DNA of 64,000 nt. Origin: Williopsis jadinii. Lineage: Eukaryota. The first letter of the stretch is position 1. Every line of letters starts with the position of its first letter. The notes below the pieces were generated by a model. It ran no database searches, was not told the DNA's origin, and saw nothing but the letters and a program-made list of their open reading frames with translations. Positions 11,741 to 21,304 of this stretch are shown piece by piece. A program made the translations under genes and the position numbers. The stretch covers positions 1,736,001 to 1,800,000 of the forward strand of contig AP024664.1 in the NCBI GenBank assembly GCA_024346625.1, read 5' to 3'.

Positions 11741-13450
11741 ATGATCAAACGGCTCACAAGACAGCTCTCTTCAACCGCTGCTGTCTCCAAGGAGCTGACA
11801 CAGCGGTCCAGAGCTACCTACGAGGGAAAGACGAGGCCCTTGTCGTCACATAACAGAGCTCAAGACACATCACGAGCCAAGGACACTGGCAGGCCTTCAC
11901 AGAACAGGTTCAGACGGCCAAGGACTGCGTATACCAAGCAGTATGCCGCTCATATACTCTCAAAGCTAACGGGAGAGAAGATACCACAGCACTCCATCGG
12001 TCCCACTTCGGACGAAGATACAAGATTCATACCAATGGTCAAAGATAGGCCAAGTTTGTTGTACACCATCTTGGGCATCACTGAAAACCAGCTGAAGGAC
12101 TCTGTCATCGTGGACAAGACTGTGAAGAGGTTCTTAGACAGGGACCAGATCGAAAAGGCGATCAAGACGTGTCATTTGGCGAAGGACAAGGGTACCGTTG
12201 CCATGAATAGAATACATGCGTGGTACATCTCGAAAGGTCGCATTACAGAGGCCATTGATCTCTACAATAGGAGAAAGAAGTATGGGATTCTACCGAATGG
12301 GGCCACGCTGACCACCATCTTCGACGGATGTGCAAACTCGCAGAGGTTGACACCACTGCAGGTTGAGAAGATTGAAAAGATTCTGTTGGGCTACAAAGAT
12401 CAGTTGAACTACTCGCACGTACACAGTGCGTTCCAGGCCATGTTGAACTGCGATGATAAATCAACAGCACTTGAACTGTTCAACAAGTGGTCTGAAACCC
12501 CTTGTTTGAAGCAAATCCATCCTACTTCACAGCTCTACACGATCTTAATAGAAGGTTTAATAGGCACGGACGATGTTGCTCAGCACATGAATTTGGAGTA
12601 TATATGGGGGAAAGTGTTGCAATTGCCCGCTAAGCAACGAGATCCGATGCTCTATGAAGCATATGTCAATGCCTATCTCAACATGCATAGAATGGATCTG
12701 GTGGCAAGAGGGTTCAATGCTGCGTCGAGTTATTTCTACATTGATACAACACAACCAAAGATCATGAAGGAGAAGAGTAGATTCCAAGTACCGAAGGATA
12801 CTTTGGAGCTGATGGCAATAAAACCACTGGACAGGAAATACCACCCGTCCCAAAGACTGACGGATTTGTTGATGAAGACCTACATGCAACTGGGAGATTA
12901 CGCATGTGCGTTGGATATCTTTGAACAGTTCAAATCAAGTGGTAAAGTGAACGACTTGGGACTATGGAACAGATGCATCATCTGTCACACCAACATGGAC
13001 AAAGCGCACGCAGGCAGTAAGGCTGTGGAAATATACAAGTCATTGAAGACACTAGCACCACGAGTCAGACCCAATGGTGCAACTAGATGGCTAGTATTGA
13101 ACGCCATATATACAGAGTCATTGTCGCATCTGAATGACCAAGGACGGTACTGTATCGGAGCCAAGGCTGAAGAGTTGTACGACTTGAGTACGCAGTTCTT
13201 GAATGACATAGACACCGTCACTGCACAGGAGCTCGAAGGGTACCTGAAGTCCCTAACGAGGCTGAGGCTGACTAGGACACAGAGAAGAGATGTTCTGAAA
13301 GTAATAGAGAAGCACAAGCCTAACTTTGATGCAGAGTTGAAGAGATGTGCTGATCGTAAGAAGCAGAAAGAGTACATCAACAAAGTGCTAAAGACTGAAA
13401 AGCTGCTGAGACAGAAGGAAGAGATGAAAACGGCTTTGAATGGCACATAA
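11741..13450 (+). CDS. MSC6: Mitochondrial pentatricopeptide-repeat protein, Msc6-like
   Basis: 569 aa; mitochondrial presequence, PPR-like helices (AIDLYNRRKKYGILPNGATLTTIFDG) and LYTILGITENQLKDS resembling my recollection of Msc6. The gene name is less certain than the PPR call. Confidence 0.6.
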   Translation: MIKRLTRQLSSTAAVSKELTQRSRATYEGKTRPLSSHNRAQDTSRAKDTGRPSQNRFRRPRTAYTKQYAAHILSKLTGEKIPQHSIGPTSDEDTRFIPMVKDRPSLLYTILGITENQLKDSVIVDKTVKRFLDRDQIEKAIKTCHLAKDKGTVAMNRIHAWYISKGRITEAIDLYNRRKKYGILPNGATLTTIFDGCANSQRLTPLQVEKIEKILLGYKDQLNYSHVHSAFQAMLNCDDKSTALELFNKWSETPCLKQIHPTSQLYTILIEGLIGTDDVAQHMNLEYIWGKVLQLPAKQRDPMLYEAYVNAYLNMHRMDLVARGFNAASSYFYIDTTQPKIMKEKSRFQVPKDTLELMAIKPLDRKYHPSQRLTDLLMKTYMQLGDYACALDIFEQFKSSGKVNDLGLWNRCIICHTNMDKAHAGSKAVEIYKSLKTLAPRVRPNGATRWLVLNAIYTESLSHLNDQGRYCIGAKAEELYDLSTQFLNDIDTVTAQELEGYLKSLTRLRLTRTQRRDVLKVIEKHKPNFDAELKRCADRKKQKEYINKVLKTEKLLRQKEEMKTALNGT

Positions 13451-13622
13451 TGACGGGGGTAGACATGTATATAGATCTTATTTCAAAGCACATATGAAGT
13501 GATTGTTACTGAACGAGCATATAGCCTGTTTCTAATCGCGTAGTCATAGCTCTGTATCCTATTCAATGGATATAGTTATGGAGTAATTGTCCATAGTGAT
13601 CACGTGACACTAGGACCGAGAA

Positions 13623-13672
13623 AAACTCGATTGTGGAATTCCGAAATATTTCGGAATTCCACAATCGAGTTT
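13623..13672. repeat. Perfect 50-bp palindrome with no spacer
   Basis: AAACTCGATTGTGGAATTCCGAAAT|ATTTCGGAATTCCACAATCGAGTTT. Confidence 0.98.
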
Positions 13673-14548
13673 CATGTTGTGCATATAGCTGCAGAGCGTG
13701 CATATCAGTAAAGTTGGACTCAAACCGGCATGGGACTAGAGTTGGATAGTGCTCCAACCAAATTCGAGATTTTGATTGATTATATAATAAATTCGGAATT
13801 AGTTATAATTACATAATAATTAAATTTTTGATATTTTTATTATTTTAATTTTCGTTTTATGAAATTGGCAAAAATTCCAAATTTGGAATGCAATGCATGC
13901 AGTAAAATGCGGAAATTATTTTTTGCAAAAATAGCAAAAATAAAATCCAAATATAGAAAAAGCTAAGCAAACTTGAAATGGAAAGAAACCCCGAAATGAA
14001 ATGAAAGCCTGAAATGAAAAGGATAAACTTACCAGAAACTTACCGGAAACCAACCAATGTCACGTTACCAACGAAATAAAACAAAATGGATCATGCTAAT
14101 AAGCCAATTCGAGAGAAAGAACGACAAGGGATATCAGACCAGTGTAATGGCGATCATGTGAAGGCACCCAGCAACCATCTGTTATCATTTGTATAAGTGT
14201 GTTAGTAGTGTTCATCTTCCAATCCCCCATCCCTTATCCTCAATTCAACATACCTAGTAACTCGTTTGATCAGTAGCTTTTCTGCTTCTCCCAGACCAAT
14301 CATTGCCTTCAATTTTCGTTAGTGGTAGAGGTGACTCTTCGTGGTAAGAACAGGTGTTCCTTGAGTCGAATGTACTGGTTGAGTACATACAACCAAGTAC
14401 TATAGGATGATAGCATCAAGCATGCTTAATTGTTTCAAGCCAAAGCTCCTTGAAGTAAACTTGTTCCCATGGAGTGATTAGAAGGAAGGCAGGGAAAACA
14501 TTTATGAAAGATTGGGAGCTACTTTTATACCCTTTGGCTACGGAGGAC

Positions 14549-14642
14549 AGGTGGGTATGGCGACTTAGGTGGGTATGGCAACTAAGGTGGGTATGGCGAC
14601 TTAGGTGGGTATGGCAACTAAGGTGGGTATGGCGACTTAGGT
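14549..14642. repeat. 18-bp tandem array, 5 copies alternating two variants
   Basis: AGGTGGGTATGGCGACTT and AGGTGGGTATGGCAACTA alternate at 14549, 14567, 14585, 14603 and 14621, followed by AGGT. Confidence 0.97.
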
Positions 14643-15759
14643 AGCATCGTCCAATCAATCGTTTACTTACTTCAATGTTTACCTGTTTACGAAGGTTTGT
14701 TTACAAATTGTACATTTTAGGAACCTGTTTTAGGCCATCTATGCGCCTTTTTAGGACATTCCGTCGATCCATGCAGCAAGGCGTTCCCAATTGGGTTGTC
14801 TGAAAGCTAGAACATCATAGCGAATCACCGTACCGAAGCCGCTACAGATCAACTTGTTAAACGTAATATCCTAGACCGTCTTATAGCTTTGAATCTATCA
14901 GTGATAGTTCAGAACCATTGAAGAACTTGATGGGCTTTAATTTAGCTCCTTAGCTGGGTGCTTTTATTGCTTGTTTTGAGCATTTTACAACACAAATAGC
15001 TCTTTAACTTTTCTGATATATAATGGACGTGTTTTTCTTAAGTAAATATTCAAATCTCGCCAAACAAAATTCTTAAAAGATAAAACCAAATCTAACTTTA
15101 GTATACTATAGACCACGAGTTTAGTGTTTAATGCATTAACTGTGTCAGTTTATTGTTACAATGTCTTCTTTAAAGAGGAACAAGTAGACTATTATGTGTT
15201 GAGTGAGAGATTCCGCAGCTGCCCCTACCACTTAGTTTTTTCGCAAAATCGTAGTTTACAGTGTATATACACTACTGTGCACTCCTATTTACATAGTGAC
15301 AGAGACTTCTCCTTATGTGATCAGGGATTACAAGACGGGTTCTTGCAGGATTCCAACCTCCATGGAGGATTACTATTTCATAGTGAGTGTGAACCAACAG
15401 ATCCAAAGAGTGGCTTCGTTCAAATTCAGATGTCTAACTTCAATCAGTTCGAGTTCATGGCTCACAATGAATTATAACTAGTTAAGATATCGCTTCTCGC
15501 AGCTTATATAGTTTACAAGTCTAATGCGCTTATTGCTCGACAAACATCTCAGATTCATGTAGATATCGCTCAGGTATGGCTTTCTAAGCATAATTACATG
15601 TCTCGAAGCTGTTACTCAATGTGTTTCCTATGTATTTACACTGGTGACTTGTCTTTAATAGAAATCAACGGAGCCGTTGTGGTAACCACCGCCCGTACTT
15701 AAAAAGAATATTTGGCCCCTCATGGTTGTGAGCCTTGAAGAAAATCTATCAAACAGGTC

Positions 15760-16057
15760 TGGAAAGTCCGAAATCCAGTTGCGAGTCTGTGGTTTTCACC
15801 TTTCTGACCTTGAATCTGCCAATTTTCACCTATTTTCCCGTGCAACTACCAATTTTCAAGTCCTAGCGAGGTCAATCTGCCAATTTTCAAGTCCCAGCCC
15901 GGTTAGTGTGGCAAAAGTTTTACCTATTTGGCCGCGATTCTGCCTTTTTCACCAACCTGACACCAAAATCCCCCCAAAAAATTCCGAGGTTTTCATTTTT
16001 TCCATCCTTAACTATGGGGAGGTCTCGGACTTTCCAAAAACCAAATATTTAACTATG
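15760..16057. repeat. Subterminal repeat cluster of the putative element
   Basis: CCAATTTTCA-type repeats at about 15813, 15849 and 15874 with variants at 15785 and 15938; TTAACTATG at 16008 and 16049; 12-bp inverted pair TGGAAAGTCCGA (15760-15771 and 16025-16036). Confidence 0.8.
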
Positions 16058-16138
16058 CGGCGAAAAAAAATTAGTATGGTGAGGTGGCCGTTTTGCCGGG
16101 CACAGTGTGATGTATCTTGATTGATGAGAAAAAAATAA

Positions 16139-16210
16139 TTCCGGTACGGGGAATCGAACCCCGGGCTGGTCGGTGAGAGCGACCGATGTTAGCCACTACA
16201 CCATGCCGGA
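16139..16210 (-). tRNA. tRNA-Glu (anticodon CTC)
   Basis: Minus strand TCCGGCATGGTGTAGTGGCTAACATCGGTCGCT-CTC-ACCGACCAGCCCGGGGTTCGATTCCCCGTACCGGAA, followed by an oligo-T terminator. Confidence 0.95.
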
Positions 16211-17263
16211 CTTTTGTTGATTTTTTCCGTAACCGCTATGACCGGCGGAGTACACTCTCATTGACGTCGTGTGACTATGGTGTCAAGTTTACAGAGAGCC
16301 TGAACAAGTAAGCTACACATAAGCCCATTTGTTTGACCATTGGCACAGGAAAGAGAGATCTTTACACGTGAACCACCTCGCATGGTGGTGCTACACCAGA
16401 CGGGATCACCATTCCGGGAATGCACGGCCACGGCCCAGGTGGATCATCTCATGTTATAGTACACAAGCGTGCATACGCTTGTATAACTCAACCGCGATGA
16501 CCAGAAGAGATATAGTCTTCAGACGGTGGGTAGCTATCGAATAAAAGGCCCTTAAAGAGGGATACACTGAGCACTCCGGTGTCACTCCCGGTGTACGGCA
16601 ATCCAGGCCAAGAACGCATACACCATGGAAAGAGATTGGCAGCAAATTGCATTGAGTTATTGATATCCGGTGAACCCCTTTTAACGCATCGTGTTCGCTT
16701 ACCCACTCCCGAAGTGGAAAAAGGCCCTTTCCCCATACATTTTGAAAGGTTAGGCGAGCCTTAATATTTACAATTCGCAGCCATGACAGATCACTGACAA
16801 GCAGTAACCACGCCCACGTCCTTCTATAACGTTGTCGCACCAAATCACGACTAGCCAACTTCTACAAGCGGACATGGATGAACGTTTGTCCTGTCTTGAC
16901 TCTAGAACCGGTGGAAGGGAGAAGCACAGCCGACCTCACGGAAACACCCCCACCAACGTCTTGTTTATTCTGGCATGTGATCAGGGCTCGGAAAAATTTT
17001 AGCAAATCAAAAACTCGTCGCGTAGTCGGTTCAAGCACGTAGAGCGTGAAAACAGGCTTAAAAAAGGAGCAGTGGGACCAATGGCCACACGGAATAACTA
17101 TCACAGCTTTTTTAAACTTAGCAAGGAACCTTTACAGGACCAAGTTTAACCTTGTTGAAGCGGGCTTATTATTTAGGAACTTAGCCGGAATAACTTACAC
17201 AGTGAACACCATTTGCTTATTATCACGTCTCCCCCAATACGCATAAACAAAAGATAAGAGGCC

Positions 17264-19015
17264 ATGTCGAGTTCAGAGGACGACATCAACAATGTCAACA
17301 AAGTATCCGCCGGGTTTGAGACCATCACTCTGGAGGAGTTCTCCGACGCACACGGGACGTCCAAGGAGCTGGAGCCGACACACAGCGTCAGAGACATCGC
17401 CATAAAGCCTATCGACGATGAGGATAACACGTCCGTCATGATGACCTTTGACAACCAAAAGCCCTCGCCGCTGATCATTTTCTTAACCATCGTGTCGTCC
17501 ATCACAGGGTTCATGTTTGGTTATGATACCGGTTATATATCGTCGGCACTCGTGGCCATCGGCACGGACCTGGACGGCAGACAGCTCACTTACGGTGATA
17601 GAGAATTCATCACCGCTGCAACTTCCCTAGGTGCTTTGATCTTTGCAGTCTTTGCAGGTATGCTTGCGGATTATTTTGGCAGAAAGCCAATGATCATGGT
17701 GTCCAACGTTCTCTTTGTCGTAGGAGCGGCTATCCAGTGCGCCGCTGGCTCATTCTGGGAAATGACCGTGGGCAGATTCATCATGGGATGGGCCATCGGT
17801 ATCGGATCATTGTGTGCTCCAATGTTCATCGGAGAAATTTCTCCGTCGAGGTTCAGAGGCCGTCTGACCGTGATCAACGTCCTGTGTATCACCGCTGGTC
17901 AACTAGTGGCGTATGCCTGTGGTGCCGGGCTAACACATGTCCATAACGGTTGGAGGATTCTCGTCGGCCTGGCGTTGATCCCAGCCGTGTTGCAGTTTGT
18001 CCTTTTCGTCTTTCTCCCGGATACTCCTCGTTACTACATCATGAAGGGTAAGCTGGACAAGGCCTGCAAAGTGCTTGCGAAGACACACCTTGGCGCCACA
18101 GAGGATTTGATCCATGATAAAGTTGATGAGTTGTCACGCTTGAACAATGCCATCCCGGGCAAGAACCCAATGGTTCGTATGTTCAACGCAATGAAGAGAC
18201 TACACACTGTGCCTTCGAATTTCAGAGCGGTTATCATCGCGTGCGGGCTGCAAGGTATCCAACAGTTCACAGGTTTCAACTCGCTGATGTACTTCTCTTC
18301 AACGATCTTTGAAGCTGTTGGGTTCAACAACTCCACCGCGGTGTCCATTGTCATCGCTGCTACGAACTTTTTCTTTACCATCCTGGCCTTCTTCATCATC
18401 GACAGAGTTGGAAGACGTAACATGCTGTTGTTGGCCATCCCTGGTATGATTGTATCTCTTGTGATCTGTGCCATTGCATTCCATTTCATCCATATCGAAT
18501 TTAGTGGCAACGACGCATTGATTGAAGGTGACGGCTCAATCACAGGCTGGGGCATTGTTGTGATCATTGGAATGATCCTCTTTGTTGCCACGTATGCTAT
18601 TGGTATCGGTAACGTTCCATGGCAACAGTCTGAGCTGTTCCCACAGGATGTTAGAGGTGCCGGTACTTCGCTATCGACCGCAACCAACTGGGCTGGTTCT
18701 CTTGTGATTTCCTCTACATTCTTAACCATGTTGCAGAACATCACACCAACTGGTACCTTTGCACTGTTTGCTGCTCTCTGTGTCGTGTCCTGGCTCTTTG
18801 TCTTCTTCTGCTATCCAGAGCTATCTGGTCTGGAGTTGGAGGAGACTCAACAGGTTTTGACTGGCGGCTTCAACATCAAGGCCTCCAAGATCCTTGCAAA
18901 GAGACGTAGACAGAGGGTGTTTGACGTTGAACAGCATACCAAGGCCACAGACGAGATCATCGAGCACAACGGGCTGACCAAACCGGCATCGATCTCGTCA
19001 TCAGCAGAAACGTAA
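17264..19015 (+). CDS. ITR1: myo-inositol transporter (MFS sugar porter family)
   Basis: 583 aa; [30 protein letters not shown] and [10 protein letters not shown] motifs of Itr1/Itr2. Confidence 0.92.
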   Translation: MSSSEDDINNVNKVSAGFETITLEEFSDAHGTSKELEPTHSVRDIAIKPIDDEDNTSVMMTFDNQKPSPLIIFLTIVSSITGFMFGYDTGYISSALVAIGTDLDGRQLTYGDREFITAATSLGALIFAVFAGMLADYFGRKPMIMVSNVLFVVGAAIQCAAGSFWEMTVGRFIMGWAIGIGSLCAPMFIGEISPSRFRGRLTVINVLCITAGQLVAYACGAGLTHVHNGWRILVGLALIPAVLQFVLFVFLPDTPRYYIMKGKLDKACKVLAKTHLGATEDLIHDKVDELSRLNNAIPGKNPMVRMFNAMKRLHTVPSNFRAVIIACGLQGIQQFTGFNSLMYFSSTIFEAVGFNNSTAVSIVIAATNFFFTILAFFIIDRVGRRNMLLLAIPGMIVSLVICAIAFHFIHIEFSGNDALIEGDGSITGWGIVVIIGMILFVATYAIGIGNVPWQQSELFPQDVRGAGTSLSTATNWAGSLVISSTFLTMLQNITPTGTFALFAALCVVSWLFVFFCYPELSGLELEETQQVLTGGFNIKASKILAKRRRQRVFDVEQHTKATDEIIEHNGLTKPASISSSAET

Positions 19016-19513
19016 ACTCGAGAGATGTGCATCTCATTGATTTGGCCCCATTGTTTATTTTGTTATTCACGGAATTGAATGATTCCAGAGTCACTGATCT
19101 TGTCCATTTCGATGACTCCTCAACCATACTACCAAGGTGATATCCCAATTACTCTAATGACAGCTACTTAACACCGTGAAACTGTACAACTGTAAACCCT
19201 GACTTCACTCCGGGGTCCGGCTCAACGCAAGGTGGAGAGCGTGCTGCTACAAGTACCCTTGTTTAAATGTTAGAAACAGTATTGACATATGATTCCTAGC
19301 ACGTATATGTATATAAAAGTATCGGAATATCAGAATGTTGATGTTGATCAAGTGAGAACATGAGGTCATGAAATTGTGAGAGTGAAGAATTCATCCTTTT
19401 ATTTTTAGTCTTCCCTTATAAAAGATAAGCGTCCGTTGTCCAATGGCATCCCTCTTTGCCATTCCAAAGAGCATCCGCCACTGCGACAACCCCTTCTAAA
19501 GGACACGCGCTCT

Positions 19514-19838
19514 TTACTTGGTGAGGTCATCGATCTTCTTCTCCAACTCGTCCAAGCTCTCCTTCTGCTTCTTCAAGGACTCCTTCAAAGCCTCCAATTG
19601 TTCCTTCTCGTGCTGTCTGATGTACAGGTCCTCCTGGGCTTTCTCACGTTTCTACAGCAATGGTTAGTATTCCGTTCTCAAGCACCACACAGCTGTGCCG
19701 CTGTGGACAACTCACGTTGAAGGCGTCGGTGGAACCGTCTTGACGGGTGGCTCCGGTGGCACCGGCGGTGTAGAATCTCATGGATCTGGTGGCTGCACGG
19801 CCAGTGACAGCAGCACGACGTAAAGCAATAGTGTTCAT
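19514..19838 (-). CDS. INH1: Mitochondrial F1Fo-ATPase inhibitor (Inh1/Stf1), two exons, 86 aa
   Basis: Exon 1 19838-19716 (MNTIALRR...[20 protein letters not shown]), intron 19715-19652 (GTGAGT..TACTAAC..TAG), exon 2 19651-19514 ([19 protein letters not shown]...). Confidence 0.93.
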
Positions 19839-20289
19839 TGTGTTAATTGGCGTTGCAATTGGGGTTGTATACAGAGCAAGAGAGAAGGGGAAGGGGAAGG
19901 AAAGAGGGAAAAAAGTTCAACAGAAAGGGCCGGATCCCCTAATTTTCCATCCCGGCCAAATTTGGGTGATGTTTTTTTCTCTTTGGAGCGCAGTGGGCGG
20001 TTTTCACGCCCGCAAATTCTCTTTGTTGCGATTCGCGGGGGAGGGGAGGGTTTTTTTTTGGCCAGCGGTGAGGTTCGTTACGGCCACGCTGGACACCCAA
20101 GATTCGGAGGAAGGAAAATCACGTGACTGAGGGGGCTCGTGTATAAGGCCGGGTAACGTTAGGTGGATGTGGGATTGACATCCAGACACCAGAAGTATAA
20201 GCGGCTTTTCACCTGTTGGTGGTTTCCAATGAGCTGGCGGAACACAGTTGTAGGTCCACCCTGGAGAGCCGCGTGCTGTGTACTTGAAG

Positions 20290-21299
20290 ATGTCACTTGT
20301 GAAGAGACGGAGACAGGATGAAACCGTAGTGGCGAAAGTATGTTGTTTAGCTTGAGTTCTACCACAGATGTGTCCGCGTTTACTAACAGAGAGTGCTCTT
20401 AGTCCCGAGATGATGTATTCACACTCGAGGGCCATGAGGGAACTGTGATGGCTGCGAAGTTCGACAGAGAGGGGCGTGTTCTCGCCACGGGAGGCATGGA
20501 TAAGAAGATACTGCTGTGGTCACTGCCTCATGTCAATCAACGGGGAGCACCGAATTACGGTGAGATCACCGGTCATAAGAGCGCGATAACGTCTTTGAGA
20601 TGGCTCAACAGTGGCCTATTGGCGTCTTCGTCTGCTGACTCAACAGTGGCCATATGGGACGCAGAGACTGGTAAGAAGATAAGGAAGCTGAACAAGCACT
20701 CGATGGTGGTGAACGAGATCGACCAGGACTCAAACCTGGTTGCGTCTGTTGGAGATGATGGGTTTGTTCAGATATGGGATACACAGAGCAAGGATCCAGT
20801 TTCATCGTTTCAAACCGATTACCCCTTGATTACAGTGGCATTCCATCGTGGCATTGTATACGCCTCTGGAATTGAGCCGGTGATCAGAGCGTGGGACATC
20901 AAGTCATCTTCAAGACCGCTATTTGAAATCGAAACGATGCACACTGATACAATCACATCGATCGCAGTTGATGATTCAAATCTGATCTCTAGATCGAATG
21001 ACGATACGCTGAGGATATACGACCCAAGTGTCGTTGAAGGGACTCATATTAGACCTCAGATCTACGACGGTGCGCCTTCGGGTGGTGAGAACTTACCCAT
21101 TCGAGCTATAATAAGAGAAAATGTGATATACTCTGGATCGTCAGATAATACCGTAACGTCTTGGGATGTCACTTCAAAGAGACTCCTGAGAAAGACAGCA
21201 GGCCATTCAGGAACAGTTATTGACATTGATGAACACATGGGGAAACTTGCTTCTACATCTGTTGACGGTAAAGTGATCCTGAGGTATACAAGTGCATGA
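20290..21299 (+). CDS. WD40-repeat protein, U5 snRNP 40-kDa (SNRNP40/Spf38)-like, two exons
   Basis: Exon 1 20290-20337 (MSLVKRRRQDETVVAK), intron 20338-20402 (GTATGT..TACTAAC..TAG), then SRDDVFTLEGHEGTV joins the listed ORF in frame; multiple GH...WD repeats. Confidence 0.75.
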
Positions 21300-21304
21300 A
21301 TAGA

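Larger units (their letters stand above)
13608..16107. mobile_element. Putative non-autonomous DNA transposon (CACTA/CMC-like; Helitron alternative)
   Basis: Left end CACTAGGACCGAGAAAA versus reverse-complemented right end CACTGTGCCCGGCAAAA (12/17 identical). TGA on both flanks (13605-13607, 16108-16110). Subterminal repeats, an AT-rich left interior and no intact transposase ORF. Confidence 0.6.

Noticed and set aside
13599..13960. Point centromere (CDEI ATCACGTG, CCGAA and an AT-rich tract)
   Set aside because: Order and spacing are wrong: CCGAA lies about 35 bp after the E-box inside the palindrome, and the AT-rich tract comes after it. The species also appears to be outside Saccharomycetaceae. 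Transposon-end features explain the region better.
14549..14642. CRISPR array
   Set aside because: Contiguous tandem units with no unique spacers, a eukaryotic context and no cas genes.
14416..14658. 80-aa ORF with SRHTHL/SCHTHL repeats
   Set aside because: Non-ATG start, and simply a translation of the 18-bp array.
13608..16107. Fanzor/TnpB or intact transposase gene in the element
   Set aside because: No sufficiently long ORF and no RuvC or DDE motifs seen. A guide-RNA-bearing derivative cannot be excluded but has no support here.
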